NCBI GenBank assembly: GCA_018436925.1
Contig: JAHDKI010000005.1
Span: 6,906 to 70,905, forward strand
Length of the DNA stretch: 64,000 bases
Source of the DNA: Syntrophaceae bacterium
Lineage (GTDB): Bacteria > Desulfobacterota > Syntrophia > Syntrophales > Smithellaceae
Direction: 5' to 3'
The notes under the pieces are model-generated. The model was not told the origin of the DNA, did not search any database, and worked only from the letters and a program-made list of their open reading frames with translations. Every line of letters starts with the position of its first letter. Within the stretch, counting starts at the first letter, position 1. Shown here in pieces: positions 36,137 through 45,635 of the stretch. The position numbers and the translations under genes are program-made.

Positions 36137-36379
36137 TTAAAAATCGCTGCAGGAAAAGCGGCGGTTTTCCGCAGAATACGATATCCGGCCGGCATCCAGA
36201 TTGAAGTTGGCTGTTTCCGGAGAAACGCGGGTTTCGCGGCGCAGAATGTCGGCGAGCAGCGTTTTGCCCGAACGGTGGGGGCCGATCACCGCGCTAAGCT
36301 GACCCGGCCCAATGTCGCCCGAAAGGGTTGACCGGCCGATCTGCAGGTTGTTCAAACGGATGAACCAGGCGTTCTTCAT
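36137..36379 (-). pseudogene. isolated N-terminal fragment of an ABC-transporter ATPase (Walker A only)
   Basis: The 80-aa ORF contains IRLNNLQIGRSTLSGDIGPGQLSAVIGPHRSGKTLLADIL, i.e. an ABC beta-strand lead-in plus Walker A. It stops before the Q-loop, signature and Walker B motifs. No partner genes are present. Confidence 0.4.
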
Positions 36380-36463
36380 TGAAAGCTCGTCTTGCTCGAA
36401 GGCCTTGCCATCCGCCTGGGCGCCGTCTGCAAGGGTCGTCGGAGGTTCTTGGTTTTGCGATGT

Positions 36464-37693
36464 TTATTCGCCGGTATTCTGCAATCGCCAGATTTCACCC
36501 GCATCGATGGCGACATAAAGCGCGCCGTCGGGTCCGATCACAAGTGAACGAATGCGTTGTCTGGGCAGATCGCCGACCACTGCGGCCTTCGCCGCCATGC
36601 CGCGCTCGTCGAGCGTAAGCAGTTCGATGCGCGCGCCCCGCAAAAACCCTACGGCGAGCCGGCCGCTTAAACTTCTCCACTGCGGTCCGCTTAGAAACTC
36701 GCACGGGCCCATGCCTTCGGAGGCGCCCCGGTTGGTCCAGGACGGAGGCAGCGCATCAGGAAAGCGTTCCAGGTCCGTCATGGAGGTGGGCCTGCCGTCA
36801 GGCCGGTTGGAGGTGTAGCCGCAATAAGCGCTCGCGCAGGACACCCCTTTAATGGGCGCCGGATCCCAGCCGGCGTTGCCGCCGGGCGCAAGCCCGGTCA
36901 CCTCGTCGCTGTGCCCGGGGCCGTGTTCGCACACAAAGACCCGGCCCGTGCCGGGCTGAAAAGCGATGCCCTGCACATTGCGATGGCCGTAAGTGAAGAT
37001 GCGGGCGTCGGCGCCGGGTTTGTCGATATTGCCTTTACCCGGCTTTCCCTCGCGGTCGATTCTCAAGACCTTGCCGCCCAGACGCTTGAGATCCTGCGGC
37101 AGCGGTCCGTCATGATTGTCGCCGGTGGCGACATACAGATAGCCGTCGGCCGGACTGAACCGGATGCGTCCGCCGCTGTGCGCGCCCGCCCCGCCCCAGC
37201 GGTTGAAAGACGCTTTGAAGGGGATGTCGGCAACGATATCCTTGCGGTCGCCGACAGTTGCAAAGTTTTTGGCGACCGTCAGTCGCAAGACGCGATTCGT
37301 TTTGCGGGACTCAAGATTTGAAGCCATGTAGACATAGATAAACCGGTTTTTTGAAAATTCCGGATCGAGCGCCACCCCCAGCATGCCGCTTTGCCCCTGG
37401 CAGAAAAAGTCGCCTGCCGGAAGCGCCGCGCCGGGCGCGCCGAACAAATGGCGGATCGTTCCGTCTGTCTTTCGCACGGACAGGCCCTTGCATTTTTCCG
37501 TGTAGAACATCGTTCCATCCGGAGCAAAAGCCAGATCCCACGGTCCGGAAAGGCCCGATAAAAAGACCGTGCGACTCAGGCGCGGACCGCCGTCGTCGGC
37601 CCGAACCGACGAACCGAACAAGCCTCCCGCACAGACGACCGCAACCATAATCAGGCCCGATAAAAGCGTCGTGCTGATCGGTTTTGGCTTCAT
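36464..37693 (-). CDS. PQQ-dependent sugar dehydrogenase (soluble aldose/sorbosone dehydrogenase, YliI-like)
   Basis: Signal/anchor sequence, then GLSGPWDLAFAPDG, GMLGVALDPEF, GGRIRFSPDG-like, GKVLRIDREG, YGHRNVQGIAF and EHGPGHSDEV. ATG 37693 has AAGGAG 7 nt upstream. Confidence 0.85.
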   Translation of the reverse strand: MKPKPISTTLLSGLIMVAVVCAGGLFGSSVRADDGGPRLSRTVFLSGLSGPWDLAFAPDGTMFYTEKCKGLSVRKTDGTIRHLFGAPGAALPAGDFFCQGQSGMLGVALDPEFSKNRFIYVYMASNLESRKTNRVLRLTVAKNFATVGDRKDIVADIPFKASFNRWGGAGAHSGGRIRFSPADGYLYVATGDNHDGPLPQDLKRLGGKVLRIDREGKPGKGNIDKPGADARIFTYGHRNVQGIAFQPGTGRVFVCEHGPGHSDEVTGLAPGGNAGWDPAPIKGVSCASAYCGYTSNRPDGRPTSMTDLERFPDALPPSWTNRGASEGMGPCEFLSGPQWRSLSGRLAVGFLRGARIELLTLDERGMAAKAAVVGDLPRQRIRSLVIGPDGALYVAIDAGEIWRLQNTGE

Positions 37694-37704
37694 GTCCGTC
37701 TCCT

Positions 37705-38439
37705 TCATATCGGCGTGGGCGGATCTTTTTTAGGCTGCTGTTCTTTGAGATAAAACTGCAGTTTCAACCGCCCGATCTCCACGATATCTCCGTCTTTGAG
37801 ATCATAGCGCTGATCAATGGGAATGCCGTTGACTTTGATCGTCTTGCTTCCGGTGGGAATGATGAAGTAGCCTTCCTTCCGGCGATTGACCAGCAGGGCC
37901 CGCTTCGGCGCGAAGAAACCCTTGAGCCGGATCACCGACCCTTTTTCAGTGCCGATCGTGGAGACCTTTTCCCTGAAAACATAATCCTTGCGGTCAGACG
38001 ACCCTTTGACGACCACAAAACCGCCCAGCACGTCGGGAGCCGCTTTGCTGGCCGCCAGAAGAATTTTTTTCTGCTGCTCGGGCGTGATTACCACGGTTTC
38101 AAACATAGACCGTCCCCGTTCGGACGGCCCTTTCGGATTGGAGGGTCTTTCCTTGTCGCAAACGACTTCCAGCGCGTGAACACCGATCAGAATAACATCT
38201 TTATTGAACACTTCGGCCCGATTGATCCGCTGTCCGTTGAGGTAGGTTCCATTGAGGCTTTTCAAATCCTCGACAAACAACTGGTCCCATTGTTCCTCGA
38301 TGATGGCGTGCTGCCCCGAGACAGCCTGATTGTCGATGACAATGGTATTGTCCGGTTTTCGGCCGATCGACACAATGCCCTTTTCCATGCGTGTCTCGCC
38401 GACCACCGCGTCCTTATATCTCAATATAAGCTTTGTCAT
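37705..38439 (-). CDS. protein with two FHA domains
   Basis: N-terminal FHA (VSIGRKPDNTIVIDNQAVSGQHAII...SLNGTYLNGQRI) and a C-terminal FHA-like domain (STIGTEKGSVIRL...KVNGIPI...DGDIVEIG). Confidence 0.85.
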   Translation of the reverse strand: MTKLILRYKDAVVGETRMEKGIVSIGRKPDNTIVIDNQAVSGQHAIIEEQWDQLFVEDLKSLNGTYLNGQRINRAEVFNKDVILIGVHALEVVCDKERPSNPKGPSERGRSMFETVVITPEQQKKILLAASKAAPDVLGGFVVVKGSSDRKDYVFREKVSTIGTEKGSVIRLKGFFAPKRALLVNRRKEGYFIIPTGSKTIKVNGIPIDQRYDLKDGDIVEIGRLKLQFYLKEQQPKKDPPTPI

Positions 38440-38442
38440 TTA

Positions 38443-39237
38443 TCACCCCCGAAAAGCGTTCATGAATTTCGACCACGATGGATACCATTTCCGTTCGCGA
38501 AAAAACCCGACGATCACGGAGATGTTGTCCAGACCGCCGTTGTCATTGGCCGCATCGACCAGAATTTCACAGGCGGCATGCACATTGCCCGCGCGGATGA
38601 CGATCTCCAAAATCTCTTCCTCCGAAACCATGTTGTATAACCCGTCGGTGCACAAAATCAGCAGGTCGCCTTGCAAAACGGTCAACTCGCCCAAGTCCGC
38701 CCGAACTGCCGGTTCGGTTCCCAGCGCCCGGGTCAGAATATGATTCATGCCGTCATATCCTGCCCGTCCCGACGCCGTCGGCCTGTTCGCCGACAGCTTG
38801 CTTGCAAGCGAATGGTCTTCCGTCAACTGGGTGATGCTTCCGGACCGCACCAGGTAAATCCGGCTGTCGCCGACGTGTGCAAAACTCAACTGATTGCCGT
38901 CAAGCGCGGCGGCGGCAATCGTCGTCCCCATGCCCTTTAATTCCGCCGCGTTTTGCGCGGCTTCATAGACCGCGCGATTGGCGAGCCCGATGGCGGCGCC
39001 GAGCCGGTTGGTGGTTTCCGACCGCGAGGCATCGAGGGTTTCGTTCTTTTGAGCGTCTTTCAGGTAATGATCGCGCAGGGCGCCGACCGCCAGTCTGCTT
39101 GCGGTTTCACCCGCGGCATGGCCGCCCATGCCGTCGGCAACGACGGCCAAGCCGGCCCGCGGACTGAAATAGATACGATCTTCATTGCCGGCGCGCATCC
39201 GCCCGGAATCGGTTTTTCCTCCAATCGTTAAAAACAC
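38443..39237 (-). CDS. PP2C-family Ser/Thr protein phosphatase
   Basis: GRMRAGNEDR, AVVADGMGGHAAGETAS, LCTDGLYN and DNISVIV motifs. Confidence 0.9.
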   Translation of the reverse strand: MFLTIGGKTDSGRMRAGNEDRIYFSPRAGLAVVADGMGGHAAGETASRLAVGALRDHYLKDAQKNETLDASRSETTNRLGAAIGLANRAVYEAAQNAAELKGMGTTIAAAALDGNQLSFAHVGDSRIYLVRSGSITQLTEDHSLASKLSANRPTASGRAGYDGMNHILTRALGTEPAVRADLGELTVLQGDLLILCTDGLYNMVSEEEILEIVIRAGNVHAACEILVDAANDNGGLDNISVIVGFFRERKWYPSWSKFMNAFRG

Positions 39238-39338
39238 TCAGTCCTCCGGATCACCGCGAGAAGCGAACAGGCCCGTTTTGGCAAACATCCCGGAGTCGCA
39301 GTCTTTGTCTGACGCCGCATGCGCAAATCCATCATCGC

Positions 39339-40844
39339 TTAGAAGACCACCGCAAGGTCGTCGTTTTCCTGGACCACCACCGTCTGAACCACGCCTCCCA
39401 CTTCAATGCGGTGGCGGCCGACCACCAGCTTTTTCGAAAGCGGCGTCCGGCCGCTGTCCGTCCCGTTGATTTTAACCGCCAGACCGGGCTTGGCTGAAGT
39501 AATCGTAACCTTGCCTCCGGCGGGAATCACTTCGTTTAAAGAAAGCAATTTGTTTTTTTCGATGACGATCTCTTTTTCAGCCGAGCGGTAAAAACCGGGC
39601 TGCTCAACCCACAACTTATGCCGTCCGGCGGGAATGTTCTGAAAGACAAAAGGCGCCGTGCCGATTTTGGCGCCGTTGAGATACACCTCCGCCGCTTCAT
39701 TGGTGAAAAGATCCAGCTTTCCCACGCCGCTGGACAACTGGATCATCAGAAAAACGATCAGGCCCGCGACGAGCATCGCAACGCCGCCGAAAATGCCGTA
39801 TTCTTTCGCCCTGATTTTTTTTAAGTCCCGCTGGGCGTCGTGAAGAATTTCCCTCGCGCCCGGCAAATCGGGGTTTTCAGCAATCGCCATCTGGGAAAGC
39901 TTGATGGTGTTGAGCAGGCTGCGCTTTCTTTGCAGGGTTCTCTCCTGCCTGGACTTGTCCCACTCGGCTTTCGCTTCCTGCAGGTAGGCTTTGTCGCGCC
40001 GGGGCGTCAACAGCCGGTCGATCGCCTCCTTAAAAGCCAGCGCCGTGGAGAAGCGATCCTCCGGATCTTTGGCAATGGCCTTGAGAATGATGCGGTTTAA
40101 TTCGGGCGACACCAAAGACGCAATGTCCTGCGGCGCGACTGGAACTTCATTGAGATGCATCACGGCGGTGGAAATGACATCGTCGCCCACGAAAGGAAGT
40201 TTTCCCGTCACCAGACGGTAAAGGGTGATGCCCGTAGAATAAATATCCGACCAGGGGCCGATCGCCGCTCCGGTGATTTGCTCGGGCGAAATATAAGACG
40301 GCGTGCCGACCCACTTTTTTTCTCCGGATGCCGATGCCGGTTCGTTGCCGCCGATGATGCCGGCAATGCCGAAATCCGCGATTTTCACCCGGCCGTCGAC
40401 GGTCAGATAAATGTTGCCGGGTTTGATGTCGCGATGAATGATATGATGCCGGTGGGCGTAGCTCAAACCCGATAAGACTTCCGAAATGATCCGGAGCGAT
40501 TCTTCCAGAGAGACGTCCCCTTTGTCCGCAAGAATATCTTCCAGCGATTGGCCCTCGATATACTCCATGAACAAAGTCAGATGCGCGTCGCTGAAATCGA
40601 TCACCTGGATGATGTTGGCATGATTGAGCTGCCCCAGCAGTCGGGCTTCTTTTTCAAACCGGTCTTTGATGTGCGCATCATGAATGAAACGGGATTTGAG
40701 TTTTTTGGCGGCAACCCGGCGTCCGACGGACAACTGATAGGCTTCGTAAACATCGGCCATGCCCCCCGAATTCGATATCAGACCAATGATCTCGAAGCCA
40801 TGAATTTGCGCAATACTCTGAATGGTCGTCTCATTATCCGACAT
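39339..40844 (-). CDS. Hanks-type Ser/Thr protein kinase with a TM helix and two extracytoplasmic PEGA-like domains
   Basis: GGMADVYEA, VAAKKL, HRDIKPGNIYL, DFGIAG and GTPSYISPEQ. After the TM helix (FGGVAMLVAGLIVFLMI) come two beta-rich repeats ending in PAGRHKLWVE and VVGRHRIEV (PEGA-like). Confidence 0.9.
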   Translation of the reverse strand: MSDNETTIQSIAQIHGFEIIGLISNSGGMADVYEAYQLSVGRRVAAKKLKSRFIHDAHIKDRFEKEARLLGQLNHANIIQVIDFSDAHLTLFMEYIEGQSLEDILADKGDVSLEESLRIISEVLSGLSYAHRHHIIHRDIKPGNIYLTVDGRVKIADFGIAGIIGGNEPASASGEKKWVGTPSYISPEQITGAAIGPWSDIYSTGITLYRLVTGKLPFVGDDVISTAVMHLNEVPVAPQDIASLVSPELNRIILKAIAKDPEDRFSTALAFKEAIDRLLTPRRDKAYLQEAKAEWDKSRQERTLQRKRSLLNTIKLSQMAIAENPDLPGAREILHDAQRDLKKIRAKEYGIFGGVAMLVAGLIVFLMIQLSSGVGKLDLFTNEAAEVYLNGAKIGTAPFVFQNIPAGRHKLWVEQPGFYRSAEKEIVIEKNKLLSLNEVIPAGGKVTITSAKPGLAVKINGTDSGRTPLSKKLVVGRHRIEVGGVVQTVVVQENDDLAVVF

Positions 40845-40986
40845 GCATGGCGTCCTGAAAGGCTAATTTGTTGATTCAGTTGATGAAATCTAAGCACAAC
40901 CCCGCCAATTATTCAATCCCGATTTATTTATCGCCATAAACACCTCGTTTCTTGATTTTTTTTGTCAACCTGAGTAATGTCTGGTC

Positions 40987-42696
40987 ATGCCGCTTCAAAA
41001 AAACAGGGTCCCGTATTTTCGTTTCTGTCTATTTCTCGGCGCATGGTTGTGCCTGAACGCCTGCGCACCGCTGTGGATGCCGAAAAAGGATGTGGACGAA
41101 ATCCACACCGCCGCGCATCGCGCGGATGCCAGATCCCGGGTGTTTCTGGGAGAGCTGTATGAATTCGGCGCCGGCGTGGATGAAAATCCCCTCATCGCCG
41201 CCCAGTGGTATCAACTGGCGGCAAAGCAAAACAATGCCGACGCGCAGTATTATCTGGGCGTGCTGTATGAACGGGGGAACGTGATTCGCCGAAACTCGAA
41301 CGAATCACTCAACTGGCTTTTCAAAGCGGCGGAGCAGGGCCATGAACAGGCTCGAATTCTGCTTGCGGTTATTTATTTGAAAGACAAAAACCGCAGACCG
41401 GAGTTTGCAAAAAGAATCCGCCAGCACCGTCTTCGCGCGGAAAGAGGAAATGCCCAGGCACAATATATAATGGGTTGGATCTACGAAGACGGCGTCGGCC
41501 TTCCCGTGAATTCCGCGGAAGCGCAAAACTGGTATCGAAAAGCCGCCCGGCAGGGAAACGCCCGGGCGGCCTGGGCCTTGGGAAATCTTTATCTGAAGAT
41601 CAACGCCGCGCCGGCAAACCTCCGCCAGTCGCTGGCCTGGTACGAACAAGGCGCATCAAAGGACCTGAAAGCGCAGGTTAAGCTCTATCGGCTGCATCAA
41701 CAAGGGGCTCCCGCCGCGAATCCGCGCCAGGCGGAAAAATGGCGCGCGATCATCGCGCGAAACACCGATCCGCAACTGGACGCCTACCTGAAACGGCAGC
41801 GGATGGTGGTCCAATCCCAAAGAATGCGGCATCCGGCCCTGGCACTGCGCGCTTGCCGGCGTCTGTCCGAAATCGATCCCGCCTACAACGAGGTATCCGA
41901 TCTGTGCGACCGGTTGCGCGGACAAATCGACGACAAAACGGCCGCCGATGTCAACCGGGCTCAAGCCGCTGTCGCGAAAAAAGACTGGACCGATTTTGGA
42001 AACCTGCTTTCGAATCTTGTGGCGGCTGATTTCGACACCGATCGGTTTCGCCGTCTCATCGGGACCGCCTGGCGGATGATCGACGACGAAAACCGCGCCA
42101 TCGAAAAAACGGCGGGACAGCGGCTGGGCCTGCTGGAAACCGCCTTGCGCTCCGATGCCTACCGCAAGAAAAACGCAGCCCAGATACCGGCCTGGATTCG
42201 CTCCTTTAAAAATACGCTGGCCCAGGGCTTGCGCGAACATCCGGCGGATGAGGGGCTGCTGGCGATCGCCGCAAAAGGAAGAAGCGTCATTGCCGGCCTC
42301 GAAAGAAAGCTCAAAGCGCCGCCGCCACCGCCGCCTGAACCGGAAATGACGGCCGAAATCCCCGAAGAGCCTCTCGCAGACGCCGAACCGGGAGACGAAG
42401 AATTCCGTCAGGCGCAGGACCTTTTCGACAACGGGCAGTTTGAACAGGCTGCGGATCTTTTTGAAAAAGCCGCGAAAATGCGGGGGTTTCAGAATATTGC
42501 CGGGGCGTATCTCTATCTGGGCATCAGCCATCTGGCCAGGATCGATCCGGCCGACGTCAATGAAGCCAGAAAGCTGCACCTCAAGGGGCTGGCCTCTTTT
42601 CAAAACGCGCTTCGCTTCGACAATGACATCTCTTTGCCCGAAGGCTATGATAAATACCAGACGGTGTTTGAAGAGGCCAGAGACACTTTGCGTTAG
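40987..42696 (+). CDS. Sel1-repeat (SLR/TPR-like) lipoprotein
   Basis: Lipobox LNAC. At least 5 Sel1 repeats (A...LG.LYE.G.GV..N...A..WY..AA.QG.A.A). The C-terminal half is helical with a PPPPPPEPE linker and TPR-like ends. Confidence 0.8.
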   Translation: MPLQKNRVPYFRFCLFLGAWLCLNACAPLWMPKKDVDEIHTAAHRADARSRVFLGELYEFGAGVDENPLIAAQWYQLAAKQNNADAQYYLGVLYERGNVIRRNSNESLNWLFKAAEQGHEQARILLAVIYLKDKNRRPEFAKRIRQHRLRAERGNAQAQYIMGWIYEDGVGLPVNSAEAQNWYRKAARQGNARAAWALGNLYLKINAAPANLRQSLAWYEQGASKDLKAQVKLYRLHQQGAPAANPRQAEKWRAIIARNTDPQLDAYLKRQRMVVQSQRMRHPALALRACRRLSEIDPAYNEVSDLCDRLRGQIDDKTAADVNRAQAAVAKKDWTDFGNLLSNLVAADFDTDRFRRLIGTAWRMIDDENRAIEKTAGQRLGLLETALRSDAYRKKNAAQIPAWIRSFKNTLAQGLREHPADEGLLAIAAKGRSVIAGLERKLKAPPPPPPEPEMTAEIPEEPLADAEPGDEEFRQAQDLFDNGQFEQAADLFEKAAKMRGFQNIAGAYLYLGISHLARIDPADVNEARKLHLKGLASFQNALRFDNDISLPEGYDKYQTVFEEARDTLR

Positions 42697-42857
42697 GCGT
42701 CACAGACCGGCGAAAAAGGCTGATCGCTCATGGATCCTCCCCGGCCGGTTCCTGTCTCTTCCGGGCGATGACCCCGGATATGAATCCCGCCCCGAACGGA
42801 GGCCGGTTTTTTTTAAAGACAGACCTTCTTTCGCCCCGACTCCAAGAGCTTAGCGCT

Positions 42858-43487
42858 TCACATCCAGACAATGACCCCGTTGGCGATATCAATCCGGAAA
42901 GAATACCCCTTGAGAAGGTCCATGCCGAGCAAACCGTCGTATCCCGGAGCGTCTCCTTCGTTGACGACAACGGCCACGGTGCAATTGGGAATCGTATGCG
43001 GACCGATCGTAAGGCTTTTCAAGCGGATCACGCTGACGTCGATCACGGCTCCGCCGACCACCCTGGCTTTGGCTTTCGGGGCATTGTACAGCTTGATATA
43101 CAACTGATCGGACACGTCGCTGTTGATGATGGACACCATGGCGCCGGTATCCAGAACAAGTTGGGCTTCGACTTCCCGGTCTTCATAGGCAACCGTGACC
43201 GGCACCAGAATCTGATTTCCCCGAACGGTAATTTTCGTTTTTCTATTGTTTTCAAGAGGCTCTTGAACCGGCTCCCCATTTCGCGGCTGCGGGCTTTTGG
43301 GCTCTTCTTGCGAGCGCAGCGCCTTGCAGGTTTGTCCGTAGAGGGGATGGTCCGAGATCGTTTCGTCGCCATCCTGAGTCGTGCAAACATAAAACGTCTG
43401 CGGCCAGGCGGCATTCGGCCAACCGGCGGCGCACAGAAAAAAAACGGATAGAACCAGAAGCGGTAACGTCGGCAGTGTTCTTTTCAT
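42858..43487 (-). CDS. secreted DUF4124 + retropepsin-like (clan AA) aspartic protease
   Basis: Signal peptide, FYVCTTQDGDETISDHP (DUF4124-like), then LVLDTGAM (DTG active site) and LLGMDLL, typical of bacterial retropepsin-like proteases. Confidence 0.75.
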   Translation of the reverse strand: MKRTLPTLPLLVLSVFFLCAAGWPNAAWPQTFYVCTTQDGDETISDHPLYGQTCKALRSQEEPKSPQPRNGEPVQEPLENNRKTKITVRGNQILVPVTVAYEDREVEAQLVLDTGAMVSIINSDVSDQLYIKLYNAPKAKARVVGGAVIDVSVIRLKSLTIGPHTIPNCTVAVVVNEGDAPGYDGLLGMDLLKGYSFRIDIANGVIVWM

Positions 43488-43683
43488 GGCCCCTCTTGCT
43501 CTTTGATCTTGATCGACGCCGCTTTTTTCCTGACTTACGCATTCCGGGTAAAGACATGCCCGATTCTCGATCATTCAACAATCTTAAAAAAAACAATCTT
43601 CTCGCGCAACAAACTCTATGGAACCCGCTTGGAGCTGTCAATAAAAACTTTTAAAAGCTCCGTTTTCGCCTTGTTTTCATGAA

Positions 43684-43712
43684 TTGACTTGCCTCAGGCA
43701 GACCATTATACT
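43684..43712 (+). promoter_or_regulatory. sigma70-type promoter candidate for mgsA
   Basis: TTGACT (43684-43689), 17-bp spacer containing the palindrome TGCCTCAGGCA, then TATACT (43707-43712). Confidence 0.5.
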
Positions 43713-43776
43713 TTCTAAAAAGATTACCGGTTGATCGCCGCATAAAATTCGGCAATCACCTTCGGGAAGAGTGCCT

Positions 43777-44142
43777 ATGAAAACCATCGCGCTGATCGCA
43801 CATGACGGGAAAAAAGCGGAAATGGTCGGCTTCACCAAAGACCATCTGGAAAGACTTCGGCGCTTTCGCCTGGTCGCAACCGGGTCCACCGGAAGCTACA
43901 TTGAGAAGGCGGGGCTTGCCGTGGAAAAGAAAAAATCCGGTCCGCTGGGGGGAGACGCGCAAATCGCCTCGGATGTGGTCGAAGGAAAAATTCAGGCCGT
44001 CATTTTTCTGCGCGATCCGCTGGGAAAGCACCCGCACGATCCCGACATCTTCATGCTGATGCGCATCTGCGACGTGCTCAACATTCCTTTGGCCACCAAT
44101 ACGGCCGCCGCGTCGTTGATGATCAAAGCGCTCGATCCCTGA
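43777..44142 (+). CDS. mgsA: methylglyoxal synthase
   Basis: MKTIALIAHDGKK...LVATGSTG...SGPLGGDAQI...HPHDPDI...NIPLATN are canonical MgsA motifs. Confidence 0.92.
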   Translation: MKTIALIAHDGKKAEMVGFTKDHLERLRRFRLVATGSTGSYIEKAGLAVEKKKSGPLGGDAQIASDVVEGKIQAVIFLRDPLGKHPHDPDIFMLMRICDVLNIPLATNTAAASLMIKALDP

Positions 44143-44240
44143 CGGACGCGGCAAAACTGTCTTTCCCGGCAGTCCGCAAGATCCGCAAACAACGGAGAAA
44201 CAGGATCGATCTGTTTAATGACCGACAAGGAGGGAGCAAC

Positions 44241-44792
44241 ATGAAGCCAACCGAAATCCTCAAAAAAGAACATCAGCTGGTTCTCAACATGCTTAAGGTC
44301 ATGGACGCCATTGGTCTGAAGCTGGAGTCAGGTCAAACCGTCGATCCGGACGACCTTGCCGACATCATCGATTTCATCCGAAGATTTGCCGACGGGTGTC
44401 ATCACGCCAAGGAGGAAAAACTGCTTTTTGTTGAACTGGAAAAAGCCGGCCTGCCCAGGCATGACGGCCCGGTGGCCGTGATGCTGCGCGAGCATGAAGA
44501 GGGGCGGCATTACGCGCGGAACATGGACGAGGCGCTGCAACGGTTAAAAAACGGGGATCCTTCCGCCGCCGGAACGTATGCGCAAAACGCCCGCGGATAC
44601 ATTCGGCTGCTGGCAAACCATATCGACAAGGAAGACCATGTATTGTTTGTCATGGCCGATCAACGGCTCGATCAGGACGCGCAAAAAAGGCTGGTGGAAG
44701 GCTTTGAGCGCGTGGAACGCGAAGAAACGGGGCCGGACGTCCACGAAAAGTTTCATGCCCTCCTTTCCCGACTGCAAGCCGCCTATCTTTAA
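44241..44792 (+). CDS. hemerythrin-like domain protein
   Basis: ILKKEHQLV, FADGCHHAKEEKLLF, MLREHEEGR and HIDKEDHVLF motifs. Confidence 0.8.
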   Translation: MKPTEILKKEHQLVLNMLKVMDAIGLKLESGQTVDPDDLADIIDFIRRFADGCHHAKEEKLLFVELEKAGLPRHDGPVAVMLREHEEGRHYARNMDEALQRLKNGDPSAAGTYAQNARGYIRLLANHIDKEDHVLFVMADQRLDQDAQKRLVEGFERVEREETGPDVHEKFHALLSRLQAAYL

Positions 44793-44828
44793 CGGATCGC
44801 GTCCAGACGGTCGGCGCGGGTCAGGCTT

Positions 44829-45227
44829 TCAGGAGGCAGCCAACATTGCCTGCATCTTTTTCATGAAGGTTTCATCATCACCGCAGGCAAGCGCGATCTG
44901 CTCTCCGGGGCAAACCGTGCTTCGATCCCGAGTCAGGATATGCTCAGTCACATCCGCGGCATCGAGGGGAATGCCGTTTTCTTCAAGATATTTTTTTGCC
45001 GGCCGCGACGCCACAAGCGTCCGCACCGAGGCAACGATGCCCGAATGGACGATCAGCCGGGCCGCCGCCAGGCCGATCACTTTATCGAAAAGGATCAGTC
45101 CCCTGCGGTTTCGAAAGGTTTCGAGCGCCTGCCAAAGCGGTTTCAGGCCGCTTTCCCGGGAAGAATGAATCAGTCCGGAATCGTCGGCAAGGGCCAGGCG
45201 ATAGGCTGTGAAATCAGGAATCACCAT
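44829..45227 (-). CDS. DUF1893 (TM1506-like) domain protein
   Basis: The pattern DKVIGLAAARLIV...SRPAKKYLEENGIPLDAADVTEHILTRDRSTVCPGEQ resembles DUF1893 as I remember the family. Not checked against a profile. Confidence 0.6.
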   Translation of the reverse strand: MVIPDFTAYRLALADDSGLIHSSRESGLKPLWQALETFRNRRGLILFDKVIGLAAARLIVHSGIVASVRTLVASRPAKKYLEENGIPLDAADVTEHILTRDRSTVCPGEQIALACGDDETFMKKMQAMLAAS

Positions 45228-45544
45228 AAATACTTTATCCCTGTTTTCCGTATCAGGGAATCAGTGCGGTCCTCAGCATATCGCCGGAACAGCCGGATCA
45301 GGCCCGCTGCGGCAATAACCAGCACTGAAAGCCCGACGAGGGAATCCCTTGTAACACTCCGTCGGGGCAACCATCCGATAAAGCCTTTCATCGCAGACGA
45401 GTCTGCCCTGTCCGCCCCCTGAGACGTTTTTGCCGGCATCTTACAGGATCCTGTTGTCTTTGAACAGCCTTTTCGCTTCCCACCGAATTCCCCGACTGAA
45501 AACCGACACGCCCGGTCAGGCCCTTTCGTTCGGCCGGGTTTCCG

Positions 45545-45573
45545 TTGACACCCGAACGTTTTCTCTTTATAGT
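45545..45573 (+). promoter_or_regulatory. sigma70-type promoter candidate for the DUF362/polyferredoxin pair
   Basis: TTGACA (45545-45550), 17-bp spacer, TATAGT (45568-45573), about 60 nt upstream of ATG 45636. Confidence 0.55.
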
Positions 45574-45635
45574 TTGTGCCGCCGCAGCTTTGATTTGAGG
45601 ACATCGTTTTTCCCAACGCCGGACGGAGGCGCTCT

